DNA of 64,000 nucleotides, taken from Botryllus schlosseri. Lineage: Eukaryota. Location: positions 14,632,001-14,696,000 of the forward strand of contig CM119381.1 of NCBI GenBank assembly GCA_051294905.1, read 5' to 3'. The notes beneath the pieces were generated by a model. That model ran no database searches, was not told the DNA's origin, and saw only the letters and a list, made by a program, of their open reading frames with translations. The stretch's first letter is position 1, and each line of letters begins with the position of its first letter. A program made the position numbers and the translations under genes. Positions 33,279 through 46,654 of the stretch are shown here, piece after piece.

Positions 33279-35993
33279 TCAGTCCAGGCATGGCAGAAGA
33301 GATTTCCATTTCTTCGATTCTTTGCCATCTTTTCGCAGCGATAACCAAAAGTCATCGTCCAAGTCGATTGCATTTTCTGACTCTGCCACAGAGTACGTTC
33401 TACTGGACGGCCTGTGATAACGATTATCGGATCCTGCACTAGAGACATGCGCAGTACACAGCAGTTTGGTCACTTCGACAATTCGTTTCACAGGCTGCAG
33501 TGATGGAATCACGTGTCTTGCACTTTCTAATAGGCCGTGATTTTGTGAAGATAGAAATTCGATCAATACAGTTACATCGTATTGAAACTGCAATCCGCCT
33601 TGAACACTGAATTTTGTACGAAGAGTAGCTATGTATTTCAATATCGCTTGGAAAACAGCGGAAACAACCGGAACAATCCCGGCGAGCTGAAACTGCGCGT
33701 CCATACCAGTAAGCGCCTTACAAACACTAGTCATTAAATCGTTGATTTCCTTCACATATACATTCTTAACTTCCGTGTCGATGGAACTTTTTTGCATCCA
33801 CACCTTCTGCGGCGGAAAATATCGCTCCAAAACCTCGGTGCATGCCTTACTGGCGATTTCAGACATTCTGCTCATTGTGGTCGTACTCGTGATTTGCATT
33901 CGGGTTATCAAAGTGTCGATGTCGCGCAGGTACTTTGTGGTTAAAATGAGAGTGGCGGAATTTTGATCCCGGCGTTTTTCTATCTCGTTGTGACACGCCT
34001 CGACGATTTTCAGGCTCTCTATCGCGACATTGGTCAGTATGCGCAAGTCGGTCAACGCAAAAGTCAAAACTGGAGGCAGGTCTTTCGCGGAGCTCGAATG
34101 CTCAATTTTCGAATCAACAAATTGATAACCGCACGTCAAAATGGACAGTATGGAAGGGATCCCGGTTTTAGACGTGACATCAAGGTTCGGATACGACTCG
34201 ACAATATGAAGTAAAGGTTGCAGCGCACTTACGCATAAAGAAGTACTCACAGAAAGTCGGTCGTTGACATCTAACGAATGTTGAAGGGCTGGTTTATCGA
34301 AATGTGGCGTCATACTTCCCAACATTTCACACGCGATACCATCCGAGCAGGACAACGCGGCGTTCGCAACAACGTGACTCGCCGCTGTTGTGATTGAGTT
34401 GTGCATCTGGATACTCAAGATATCGAGGCATTTCAAGTTGACAACGGCGGCTTGCATCACAATCAGATCCACGTCTGAGGCGAGGAAGCCTGCTTTGTGA
34501 TAATCGGCGCAACGGTTAGGGAGAGATGCAATGACAGAGTCCAAGTGTTTTGACGTAACCGATTTTATCGCTTCACTGTTTGAAGAATCCTTCCACGACA
34601 CCGATTTAAATTCCACGCTATGAGCCAAGGAAGATGATGCTCTGCTACTAGCACTGGCAACGGACATTGCATCATCAGTCGGACCCGTTTCAGAAAAATT
34701 TTGCAATATTTTTGTTTTTCCTCCCAGTCCATCTAAGAAATTATGTAGAACGCGTTTCTGGGAGTCAAACAATTCAATAACTGACTGACAATAGTCTGTA
34801 GACTGTGAGATAATGGTGTCTGGAATCGTAATATTTGCTACTCTCTTAATAACCTTATGAAAAGACATGTGACCTTTCGATTGCATTGGCCTTATCTCGA
34901 TTTTCGATGCCAGGTTCCAAGTGTGGCCTTGCTTAATTACATCCAACTGCGACGCTCCTGATTGCGAAGCAGCGTATCCGTCCACGAATGATACTTCAAG
35001 AACTTTCATGACAACACACGCCAAGTCTTTCACACTGTACTTCGAAAGGGAATCAAGCACGACATTCAGAGCGATTGGAGATATGTCCGAGACGTGAGGA
35101 ACGCATTCATCCAGGAATCGGCTTCTTTCTGAAAGGTTTTTCCACTGGGTTATCACCGACTGTCCAGTATTTGACTCTGTTAATCTGGTGACGTACATTT
35201 TCTCTAACGGTCTCTTAAATTCTAATTGTTTAACATGCTCCGAAGAAAATTTGTTGTAGATTTCAATGAGTTTACAAAACCTCTTGTTTTCGGCGGTGTG
35301 AAATATATCAGAGTGATTGATTTGAGCTTTGGTGTAAAGGTGTGTCAACAGTCCAATGTTCTCGAGTCTCGATAATATCAGCCACTTCACGTACAATAGC
35401 GTTTTACCTCTCCACATATGGCATTGCTGCCGTAGATGGTCTAATTTGTGTATAGTTGAGTTACTGCTTTCCAGAAGGTTGATTGTGGTTTCATTGCATG
35501 CCTTCATGCACGAAGTCAACTCGGCATAGACTTTTCCCAGCTTTGGTAATTTTATTGCGGTTGTCAAATCATCTAAATTCAAATCATCTCGGCAGTGCTC
35601 ATAGTATTGAGCAGTTTTCTTGAACTTTTTCTCGCTGTTCAGTGCGTTGGTAACCTTGAATATGAAAGTTTTCAAAGAAGTAACAGCGTCTCTCAAATTT
35701 TTCATTTGATCCAACTCTCTACTCATCCGCTGATACATGAGTGTTGCGTTCAACACATCTATGTTTGGAGCTTCCGATACATTGGCAATTAGGCTATCAC
35801 CAGATTCTGGTTCATGAGGCAGTTGAAACTGAGAAGCGTTCAACGATTTGCGTCGAGTCAATGTTGTCCACTCATTCGTAACTGCACTGCTACCCACATT
35901 GACATTCCGCCGTTCAATAGTGGATTCCGATATTGCCTGGAAAAATTCTTGCCAGCTTTCAGACGGTGCATCGTATTGGACACTGGAACCCAT
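33279..35993 (-). CDS. CCDC142: Coiled-coil domain-containing protein 142-like, single exon, 904 aa
   Basis: Uninterrupted 2715-nt ORF. The C-terminal FPPQKVW...KFSVQGGLQFQYDV...LLC...FWLSLRK resembles the recalled CCDC142 C-terminal domain (PPRRYW...RFSLQGALQLKQDF). Confidence 0.75.
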   Translation of the reverse strand: MGSSVQYDAPSESWQEFFQAISESTIERRNVNVGSSAVTNEWTTLTRRKSLNASQFQLPHEPESGDSLIANVSEAPNIDVLNATLMYQRMSRELDQMKNLRDAVTSLKTFIFKVTNALNSEKKFKKTAQYYEHCRDDLNLDDLTTAIKLPKLGKVYAELTSCMKACNETTINLLESSNSTIHKLDHLRQQCHMWRGKTLLYVKWLILSRLENIGLLTHLYTKAQINHSDIFHTAENKRFCKLIEIYNKFSSEHVKQLEFKRPLEKMYVTRLTESNTGQSVITQWKNLSERSRFLDECVPHVSDISPIALNVVLDSLSKYSVKDLACVVMKVLEVSFVDGYAASQSGASQLDVIKQGHTWNLASKIEIRPMQSKGHMSFHKVIKRVANITIPDTIISQSTDYCQSVIELFDSQKRVLHNFLDGLGGKTKILQNFSETGPTDDAMSVASASSRASSSLAHSVEFKSVSWKDSSNSEAIKSVTSKHLDSVIASLPNRCADYHKAGFLASDVDLIVMQAAVVNLKCLDILSIQMHNSITTAASHVVANAALSCSDGIACEMLGSMTPHFDKPALQHSLDVNDRLSVSTSLCVSALQPLLHIVESYPNLDVTSKTGIPSILSILTCGYQFVDSKIEHSSSAKDLPPVLTFALTDLRILTNVAIESLKIVEACHNEIEKRRDQNSATLILTTKYLRDIDTLITRMQITSTTTMSRMSEIASKACTEVLERYFPPQKVWMQKSSIDTEVKNVYVKEINDLMTSVCKALTGMDAQFQLAGIVPVVSAVFQAILKYIATLRTKFSVQGGLQFQYDVTVLIEFLSSQNHGLLESARHVIPSLQPVKRIVEVTKLLCTAHVSSAGSDNRYHRPSSRTYSVAESENAIDLDDDFWLSLRKDGKESKKWKSLLPCLD

Positions 35994-36391
35994 ATCTCAG
36001 GTCATGACCCTAACAAATCGACCTATTTTCTGAAATTAGAAGAAAAAACGTTGTATTCAGCCCCATCCATCAAAAATGCACCAAAACAATATCTATACTA
36101 ATCCATGAATTTAAGATGGTGATTTCAGCTTCTAAGTAATGTTGCGTTACATCACTATAGTATTGACGATTTTTAGCCTAGTAGGCCTATATGTAGAGCA
36201 TGACAGTTTTTGGTGACATGAATTTCAGTCAGCATAAAGCACAAACATATACAAACTACGAGACTAACCAAGATAAACATCTGTACAAATCATGCAACAT
36301 TTATTAGTCTGAAAAAAGCATCAAAATTTTCATCATGTTTCATAGTGAGAGAAAAGTTTCAGGCCTGGAAATGGTTCTCATATGCAAGAAA

Positions 36392-36835
36392 TCATTTCTT
36401 TACGTAACTGGTGTCATCTTCTTTCCATTCCTGTGGATTGTCTTTCATAGATACATGGCTCATGGCGTCTAACATAGCCGTCGTAAGTTCCGGTTCTTTA
36501 ATATCCAACTGTGGCGTTTCCTTTTTCAAAAAACGGTCTACAGGCGGAAAATAGTATGGCGTGAATCGGTTGAAGGAAGGCAGCAATTCAAGATATTCCC
36601 GTCCTTCTTCACGATTCTCAATAAATGTCTTATAATGCGCCTTGCGGTCTTGAATCACGTCGTACATCAAAAACACAGCTCCACCGTAGCAAAGTGCAAT
36701 TTTCAAAGGATTTATGCTCGGCTCGGGAATCTCATTTTTGCGAAACTTGTACCCGAACGACTTGGCGTATTCGCTCACACTCCTCCTTTGCGTATTGGCT
36801 ACACTCCGTAGCTGAGTGATTAATCTAGCAAACAT
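36392..36835 (-). CDS. Uncharacterised 147-aa protein with mitochondrial-presequence-like N-terminus and one TM segment
   Basis: Arg/Ser/Thr-rich, acid-free first ~20 aa (MFARLITQLRSVANTQRRSVS); hydrophobic segment IALCYGGAVFLMYDVI; AATAAA on the minus strand at 36300-36305; ccttag acceptor 2 nt before the ATG. Confidence 0.7.
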   Translation of the reverse strand: MFARLITQLRSVANTQRRSVSEYAKSFGYKFRKNEIPEPSINPLKIALCYGGAVFLMYDVIQDRKAHYKTFIENREEGREYLELLPSFNRFTPYYFPPVDRFLKKETPQLDIKEPELTTAMLDAMSHVSMKDNPQEWKEDDTSYVKK

Positions 36836-38487
36836 TACTAAGGTACTATTGACTAATAAATAGAATCTAATTATTGCATGGGTATAGCATATCTATGTTG
36901 ATCAGTCATAAATACAACTGTCAAGCAGTGTTGATATAAATTAATCATGTTGATACCTCCATCCAATAGTTTTTCAACCTAAGGCTATAACATTGTTTTG
37001 AGTCGCAGAGCTTTTCTGGAATACATCAGTGGTTGTCATCCGAGGAGGGGGGGTTCCAAAGGTCCCCACATTTTTTGTTTCCCACGTAGGTCTGGGGGAT
37101 GGTGCTGACCTTATTCCCTTAGTAATAATAAGGTATATAATGCAAAAAAATTTAGACATGGGCCAGGTAATATTTTCTAATAGGAAATTCGGACGTAGTC
37201 ATGAAAAGGTTGGGGAACATTACTCTATCTATACAAAAACGAACAGTTATAGCTAAAATGACATAGTCTGTTTCGAGTATGAGTAGCGCCTATTACTAGT
37301 GGGACTTGGTATCATGGTATTGTGAGTACCTTATAATATAATAGTCACAGAGCCCTGCCAATAACACTCTTTTATGGTTAATGATTTTATCCTTGCAAAA
37401 AATTCCGATACAATTATCAGATAAGAAGGTGTCGAAACTCAGACTTTGGGAATTGGGAGTACGGTACCCGGGTACCGACGTACCGGTACCGTATAGTCTT
37501 TGAAATCAGACATGACATACACCTACTATCTACGACAACCGGTAGCGAAATTAACACATCAGTTCCTAATTTTTAAGGCAGATAAAAATTCGGTTCGGAA
37601 GAACAATCGTGAAATGTTAAATCGTCAGCCTACCCTCCCACCGATCCATCATCGGTTGCCATAAGACAACCATTTGCCCTTCGCCAAGTAGAAACGCAAA
37701 AAATAGTAAACAGCATCAGGCAATGAACGACTGAACATTCATGCGTGACGCTCACGAATGTTTGGATGGATCTGATTTCCAACTTCTCACGGCTTTTTCT
37801 CCATTTATATGGTTGTGTATAATAATTGAATTCAATTTGTGCCTATTTGCCCAAACCTTTTTGGAAGTTTGATCATATTGCACAACTAAAAAAATAAGCT
37901 CCTAATGTTATACCGTAAGTTGGCGGAAGAGGTCAGAATACGGAGAGAGAGAGAAGTCAGCGAGCCAGCGAAGAAAAAAATACTCTATCCTGGTCACGCA
38001 CTGATTCACTCGGTTTTGGTGTTTGCCGTGTGCGCTGCTGCTTCACGCTGCTGCATGCACCAGAGCCAGCGAATATTCGTCCATTTTATTATAGTTTTAT
38101 CGATTCAAAATACCACTATGGCAATGGAGTGAGAAGAAGAGTCGAACCAACCGAACTCCTATCTACAAATATACTAATAAAATGCAGGAATGTGTTAAAA
38201 GGACGCATGTAGCTTAAATTGCACAGTTGCAGACTCAGTAAGAAATTGCCTATACAGAATTGGGCAATAAAGAGGCATGCAGGGGGTAAAGGCGCAGTCG
38301 GTGTGTCAATGCGGCCGCATCCGGGTATCTATATTCTCTAAGACAGAGGCAATTTCTTTTTACTGTCAGCACATCGCGGAAGTCTTGACCATACTGTGCT
38401 ATAACTATAGGCTTTGTCATGAAAAACTACCTCCAGAATCTATTACAGATCCTAATTAATTTTGATGCAAAGTTAATCTCCACTTCC

Positions 38488-41400
38488 ATGGATGATCAAC
38501 AGCAAGACGCAAATACAGCATTACTTGAATTGGACAAAGGTAATTGTGAATCCCCAGATCTATGGTTATGATGTAACACCATATTACACTTATCGTCATA
38601 GTCTGCACAACATGAATGATAAATCAATTATGTTTTCATAAACCCGACTATTTACAGGCTTACGAGCGCAGAAAGTTGGTCAGCAATGCGAAGCTATCGT
38701 GAGATTTCCGGGTCTGTTTGAGCGGTTTCCGTTTCCAATCTTGATCAACTCTGCATTTTTGAAATTGGCTGATGTTTTCAGAGACGGGTAATGGTGTATT
38801 TTGGAGTGTAGCCTAGAATCATCATGCAGTAACTCTTCCATTGACTACTGCGCGCTTAGCTTGCATTCACATCTTAGCACTGTTAGCAGTAGTGTTATAT
38901 TGGTCCAGAATCGTTTGTCAAGGGACATTCTCATGAAACTTCAACGAAGATAAGATAATGTATTTAGTAAACTCTCGCATGACTGTATTGATTATTTACA
39001 ATCAATCCACTACATTAGGCTTAATCTCTGTTCTGTACCGCTCTTGTCTTATATTCTATCTTGTCATAACCGTTGTATAGGCATATGGTAGCCTAATTTA
39101 TATCATTTTTCTAAAGTCCCTTTGTTTTATCACTAGGAACCAAAAATTGTCCGATAATTTGATAATTGACTGATAGATGGCACTTGTCACAAGTCACTCC
39201 TACATTTACATTGATATCTGTTTTAGGAACAATTTTCTTCGACTTTGTATCTTGCGAGTGGCTCAGCAAAGCTGTCATCACCTGGACAAAATCGTGAACG
39301 TTGCAGAATTCAGAAAGAGAATATCTGTTGTTATACATTCCAATGATCCCTACGCAAGAGCCATTACTTTGAGGTGAAACAAACATTGTGTTCCGCAGAA
39401 ACTTAGATCGAATTGTGATTCCATTGTTTTAGAATGTTTGGTAGCATCGCGTGTATTATAAGTGATGAAAAAGGTGTTCATCATAGCATCCGCCAAGGTT
39501 TGGACTCGCATGATCTTGTGGAGCAGGAAGCGGCTGTGTATGCGACAATTCAATTTTCTTCTTATTCTGAAGATTTTGCTAAAAGCATCTGCAATAAGAT
39601 TGCTGCAATGCTGCAAGGTTGGTACTGCAAAGATAGAAAAGAAAGAATATAATTTGAAGTCTACTGTCATTTTCACTTCTCAGGTCTGTCCACTCCTCTA
39701 CGAGTAAAATTAAAAATCATTCCTGTCTTGCAAAATATGTATCATGATGTCAATGTAAGTAGCAACTTCTTACTTCCAACTTACATCAGATATTTTAACG
39801 TTTTAGCTTAACCACAATAGTAAATAGTGTATCTGAGGTAAAATATCAGATGTAAATTGTTGCTTGTTTATCTAACTGACCTAGTCTATCGAACGGTGGA
39901 ATCAGTCTGAATAGACCGGCATGGAATTATACTACACGGATCGACTATTTCGATGTTATATCTGTATCAGCAATCTTGCAATGGACTTGAATTTGAAGTA
40001 GTCAAATTTCAACACTACGTAAATCACATAGTTAAGTGCCATACTAATTTAGTTTAGGTGTGCTTCTTACTTTTATGAAGAAATCATAATTGAATTGAAT
40101 CTAAAAACTAAACTAAAAATTTAGGCCTGCAATACATGAAATAGTAATGTGAAAAACATGAACCATCTGATTATAAACACCAATTTTATGAAGGAAGTCT
40201 TGATTTTTAAGTGCGATTAAATTTCCCATGGTTCGTGGACATGTGAGCAGGCGACATATAGCCTACTAGTAAACTACTTATGGTGGTTAGAAAAATTTCA
40301 GATAACTCGTTGCTTAAGCTTTTGCCGGTAACCGTGACATGTTGATTCAACAGGTCTCCTCAAAGTCGAGAGACGTGCTGAAAGAACTTTTGCCGGTATA
40401 CCCAGCAGAAGAATTTGTAGTGGCAACATTGAATACGCTCACAAACTTGTCTGTAAGGTCTTTGGTCGATATTCCATCTCAGGTAAATATAGGGGCTGGG
40501 GCGATATTGAGGGTTTGACTCCTTGTGAAGCATTATGCTTTGTTGCATAATCACGCAAAGAATATTATGCTACACATGACTTCTTGAAATTAGCAGGGAT
40601 GACTTAAAAGCAGTTCCCATTAACATTTGCTTTATATGCAGTGGCATATATATATTTATGTTGTCTGTCAACTCTCACTCTTTTGTGTTGGTATGTAAAG
40701 TTCTGTGACTTCACAGTCACTTTGGATCAGTGCACGAGAACCTGTTCCGCCACATCCGAATATCCGCGCTGATCTTATTTGAGCCATGCAGTTGAAACAT
40801 AGGCCTACTATAGCCAAGACTCTAACCGCATCCTCTCGATCCAATGGCGATGGATTGACCAACTGAGTCAACGACCCTCTCCCTCCTTACCAGTCCATAT
40901 GACGGTGATCATGTTCCTTAGAATATATTCTCACTTTTTATTGGAGCACAAATACCGATTAATGCTCAGGTTTCGGCACCCAGCCCCATGGAAAACGATG
41001 AAAGTATAACTCAAGCTACCGTATGTATCTCATCAGTATGCTTTTATATTTATGTAGATAGGCTTGCTGCTACAACACCTCCGCTGCGATCCGAGGGAGG
41101 CAATAAAGATCGTAACCCTACAAAATCTGAACATGCTTGCGGGGATAGCCCCCCATCTTTGGACAGCCGCCGATGCCTCCGAACTCTGTAAAGTCAGTAG
41201 TTTGTTGAAAGTCTTAGTGAAATCTACAATGTGACAAATTATCTCACCTCACTCTGTAGGCTTACGCGATTCCGTCTCTGAGGTCATCCTTGCAGGGCAC
41301 GATTCTAGATGTTCTTTGCACCCTGATGGGCGGAAAGTCAATTATACATTTACTCGACGATAGTGAGTAGTACTTGGATATTTTTGATTGTACGGGTATT

Positions 41401-44400
41401 TACGCCGTGCTGTTTGCAGGCGATAATATTACAGAGTTATGTCGCAAATGTTACTGCGATAGAGATTTGCGACAAGTGGCGTTATCCACGAAGCTGTTCA
41501 TACTGGTTTCGACTGGCGCAATCACAAGCAACCAAACTGCTTCGGTGTCAAGTGCGGCTGTTCTGAATGAGTGCGCAGAGTGCATGGAGTCTTTGTTGAT
41601 GATTTTGGCACCGGCATGCGATTATTCATATAAAGACAAGGCTACTTTGAAAGTATGAAAATCGCTGACGTCAAGAATTGTTGAGATGTAACTACTGATA
41701 AAATTTGCAGATACTACTTCCGGCGTTACATCGGCTGTGCAGGTCGGCATCTCCGGATATTGTCCACTCGTGAGTAGATATCGTGAATGATGAATTGTTG
41801 TTGTCTTATATGGTGTTTGTTTGCAGATTGTACAAGGTGGTGCTTGACCTTGTCGCGGAGTGTGAATCGGACTGCGAAGTGACGTCAATGCTGTTGGAAA
41901 TCTTGGTTTCTGTAGCCATAAAAAGGTAGCTGCTTTGTGATTTCTCATTCACGGTATCCTTCGACTTTTCTTTCGGTCTGATTGTTTTGTAGGAAAGAAG
42001 ATCTTCTGTCACGTTTCTCGTCAGTACTTTTGCATCTTCTATCTGAGACTGTGGTGAATTTCGAGCATAGAGACCGACCAATGTTTCAGAGGGTCATTGT
42101 AAGTAGGCGTTACTGTTATTTACTGGGCTACCGTTTGGCTAAATCTGAAATTTTGATGCTGTCATTCCTCTGAAATTCTGATATGCACTCAAGTTCGATT
42201 TCTTGTTCAGACCCATCTATGCACTCTCCTATTCATTTCCAATGTTCCCAATCGCAAAGAAAGGGTGGGAGAGAAAATCACGAAGCTACTGACCAACGAA
42301 GAATCAATCGCTAACAAGTGGACTTGGTACAGAGTTGCCCGTCAAGCTTCACGAATTGTGAGACATGTGTGCACTGTGCAGCATTTAAATTAGCCTTGAT
42401 TTTCCCCGTTTTTGTGGCAGGGTGAACATGCAGTCGCAAGCGAAATATACCGTTTACTGACGCATGATGTTGTGTCCGAAAGATATTATTATTGGCTTCG
42501 GGCGCTGCACGAATTCGAACATGCCGAGTCACATTTGCTGGCGGGTTGTGTGAACTCTCCAGTTGATCATAAAGCTCTTTTGCGCGCTTCACAACTTTAT
42601 CAAGAAGGCTTAACCTCATTAAATGTAAGTAGACAACGGATGAATTGAATTTATTTACAATTTTTTCAGGGGTTGGTGTTATCTTGAGCAGTTCGAGATT
42701 CTGTGATATAGATTTTATACTGTTCTTTATGTCGATTTTTCGTTTGTAGGCTGCTGTAAGCCCGGAGCACCAGCTCACGTTTCAACTAAAATTCACAAAA
42801 CTCCGCTCGGTTGTGCTTTCCGCTCACTCCCAACTTATCATGATCTGCAGGCAAATGCAAGTCTGCCCACCTGCGACGATAGACAAAGCCCAGCGGAGCC
42901 AAGGGAGTAACGGCTCCCAGAATAGTCTCATCCGAAGTCAGGTTAGATTTGATGGTTTCCCTCGTTGATTTGTAATTGTAAAGCTTTTTTTTAGTTGAAA
43001 GAATGCGCTGGTCTGTTCCTGTCTATTGCCGACAAATACGGAAAACTTCATCTTAGCTCATTTGATGCTGATCCGTCCACTTTGAGAAACCTTGACATGT
43101 ATGTGTGCCTTTTTTGCTGTACTTTAGTAGGCTTTTGCATTGTCTGTCTGCATGGACTACAGGACATGACAGGACATTTGTGATTGGGTTTGTTCTTTGG
43201 CCCGTGGCTGTGTTTTATATTTGTCATGCTGAATAGTGGCTATAATAGTGACTAATTTTTGACTCGCCATATTTGGATATAATGTCTGGACGAAATGGCT
43301 CAGGCTTTGAACTACAGTATGTTTTTTTTATTCAGTAGGCCTACTATAGTGTCCACACTACATCCAAGTACCTAACAACCAGACTTATGTTCGAATTGAT
43401 TATCGTACTAGTTTCTTGAAATCATTAGGAAGTATGACACATTGATTGAAATGAAAGTGAAGCTCTGATCATGTTGTTTAACTCAATACCGTGATAAACT
43501 CCAACCTGACATCTGGCGTTTGTGATGTATGCTGAATTGGTATTTAAAAACCAAGGCATATAAAGATATGATTCAAGTTAAATTTGATTAAGTTATTCAA
43601 ATTGTCCAATCCATTCATGCTATATATTTACACATTTCTTGGTGACATTCTCCGGTAAATAGATTAGTCCTACCACGTGATGCATTTAAATGGCAATGTA
43701 AAAAGATTAATTCCGATTCAGGTTGCAACACTCCTCTGCAGTAATGGCGCACGCTATTGACCTGATTGTCAACATGAAGTGGTGAGATGTCTTCCTACGA
43801 CTCATCAGAAGCTCTGTCCTGTAATCATGTTATTTTAAGGCAAGAACCAAGTGCGTTACAGAGGTCGAGTTCGTTGAATTGGGATATTTTCTCTCAAGAC
43901 GAATCTCTTTCCAATAAGGTTATTTACTGGCGTTTGCCAATATGATTTTATATCTTCATGTGAATCATGATTTTTTTTCAGGGCTTTTCAAAGGCCGTTA
44001 AAGACATCGTCACAGAACTGGAAAAAATTGCAATCAACTCAACTTCAGCAACTTTGAATGATAATGTAAGATATATTGTCCTTTAACATACTAATTTCAG
44101 TGTGTGACATCATTTCACGCATACAATACTTTGAGATTACTCAGTATTCATGTTCAAGCTATAGCTTAGGAAGCTGTAGGATAGAAGCTAGTATATAAAA
44201 TTACAGGATAAATCTATCTTCGGCCAGTGTTTTAAAATAATCATTCATGAGAGTCCAAAATTGTTTTTTGTGATTACATCTCCAGTTGCTGCATGTCTGA
44301 GCTTAGCTTACGGGTTCTATCCAGTAATCCCTCTAAATTTCACTGTGCAGCATACAGATTGCCTAGTGAAATGCACGTCTCTGTTACTGGCTGTTCCCAT

Positions 44401-46654
44401 TTCTATCCCGAGATACTTCTACCAAAGCTTGCAGACAACGACTATCAAGGCAAGATTGTGCATCTTCGATTCCGGGTTCTTCCGTTTACCATTCAGTTTG
44501 TCGCAACAGCTCGCGATGTCTCCGAGCCAGCGCGCGCCAAACGAGCCTGTCACTGTTGACGTCAACGATCACCTGACCTTGAAAATCGAAGGCGTGATCC
44601 GCCAGGATGGATCAGGGGTCGGTTTTCTGGAGCACGAACATTTCAGCGCAGGGACCATGCAAAATTTTGGTTCTGCAAAAGGAGAGACGGGGTCGAAAGC
44701 ATTCAGATGCGTCAACGAAATCCATGTCGCGGTCAGCTCGTCACACGCATCAGGAAAGTGGCAAGGGCACGGTGCTTCAAAGGTAGGTTGCAAGTCGGTG
44801 TCGTTATGGTAATGTCAAAAGTTGGTCCGGCGTTGAAATGTGTTATTGATTACAATAACACTGTATGGTGATGGTGAGTCAAATTCAATCAAGAGCTGTA
44901 ACATGGCTATATTGGGTATCAGTACTAAGGAGTCGGTTCACTTTACCACTGACCCCAATTCCGACTCCAGACATCTTCGATATACCTACTGCGAAACTTC
45001 AAACATTCTGACTCCAACTCCGACACATAATATTTTTTTCATAGCTACTCATAATTCATACGTCTGATAATTTATACGTCTGTTATGACCATATGCAGTA
45101 ATGCAGTAACCTATTTTGTTAATTACAAAAATGTGCTGACAGAACGAAACTGAGTTTGTGGAAGTCCGTCTGCATGAAATCTTGATAACTTCTTCAACGG
45201 CACTTTTTAGCGACGTCTGCGAACATTTGATTCGATTTCAAAAGAGTCAGAATCTGAGTATGTTAACAAATCCCGACTCCAGCTTGTAATTGTCCCCGCC
45301 CTCCAAAGTGTGTCACAATGTTTCTGTGACTCCAACTCCATTAAGAGAAAATTAAATGAAACTCCGACTCCACAGCCCTGTTGTGGTATCCTTGGCTTCA
45401 AAACAAATGCAATTCCAATGCCATAAGACTCGACCTTAGTCTAAAATCCAGACTTGAATCATACTTGAGGTAGGTTACATTAATTGTCAACGCTGTTACC
45501 GTAGTGAAAATTGTATATTAATATGCTTTTGCAGGTAAGTAAATTTGAAATGAATATTTTTATGTGAAGGCAACTGAGCATACGAAAAACCGACTTGAGC
45601 AGACTGTGAAGCCACACAACAATTACTTCCAAGTTCAGTTCCTACTATCGATTCCAGTTACTGGTGAGTGTAAACCATTACCTCATATACTTTCATCATA
45701 AAGTTACACACATCTCCCAACCAGCGCCTCAGATTTTTGGCAGTATGACCGATTTACCAGAAAACTTGCAAGACACTAAACGAATGAATTGTTGCCATGA
45801 TTTGCAGAAGCCCTTGTTATTAGTTGTTTTTGCAACTATGAGCAATTTCGATTTTACTTGGATTAGTTCCAGTACCACTATCAACTGTAATTTTAAGAAA
45901 ATAATAACTGGGACACCATATCGTAATTGATTTTTTTACAAAAATCGTAGATTGAGTTCTATGTAATATACTTGTCCTTGAGCCCCCCTACTGCTACTCT
46001 TTCAAGCTGTAACTGTCAACTGGTGACTTGAAATAAAATGAGCGTCCACTGTGCAATTTGTAACATGCAGTGGAAAATTATGTGGCCACGCACGAAGTAG
46101 TGTCAATTTTGAATGCTGTGTGGTCCGCAAAATGAGTGTCTAATTTACCTTATTGGCCGATATGTCGGACCTCAAATAAAACGAGAGAAAGGACAAAAAC
46201 AGTAAAATCTCTAAAATATACATATGCTGACTTTGCGTATGAATAATTTTTGACTAATTTTATTCAGTATTCTGTGTATTACGATATTTAATTTGATTGA
46301 TAAATCTTGCCATCACTGTTGCTATGGGCCTTAGAACTACTAGGTAACCTATGTGCGACCCTCAGTTTCACCACGTTATTTAATTTGACCCGGGTTACAC
46401 GCCCTACCCTAGCTTATACAATCTTCTTTAGAACCCTATATAGTATATCAGCAACTGATCGTCGGTGACAGTGTTTTATTTTATCTCTGCGACGGACAGG
46501 AACACATAACCTGGTTGTTGAGTGCAGTCTGATCGATGAAAAGGGAGCTAGGTGGAAGTCTGGTCCAACCGAAACCCTCACGGTGCGCTGCTCTGATGAT
46601 TCTCTACGTATCAAAACTGCCATGCTCCACAGCCACCAGGCTTCCGCGAGGTAG
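38488..46654 (+). CDS. INTS7: Integrator complex subunit 7, multi-exon
   Basis: DANTALLELDKG (38488-38539); LRAQKVGQQCEAIVRFPGLFERFPFPILINSAFLKLADVFRDG (from 38658); NNFLRLCILRV...IHSNDPYARAITLR; HHSIRQGLDSHD; IPRYFYQSLQTT / LAMSPSQRAPNEPV...LKIEGVI; LEQTVKPHNNYFQVQFLL; last exon GTHNLVVECSLIDEKGARWKSGP...SAR*. The start codon is provisional. Confidence 0.95.

Noticed and set aside
36853-36866. Minus-strand ATTCTATTT upstream of the 147-aa ORF matches the first 9 nt of the Ciona SL (ATTCTATTTGAATAAG)
   Set aside because: AT-rich 9-mer that diverges afterwards and is not followed by a GT donor; chance is sufficient.
41622-42081. Two overlapping minus-strand ORFs inside an INTS7 intron (possible nested gene)
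   Set aside because: Different frames, stops just upstream, no motif and no consistent splice model.
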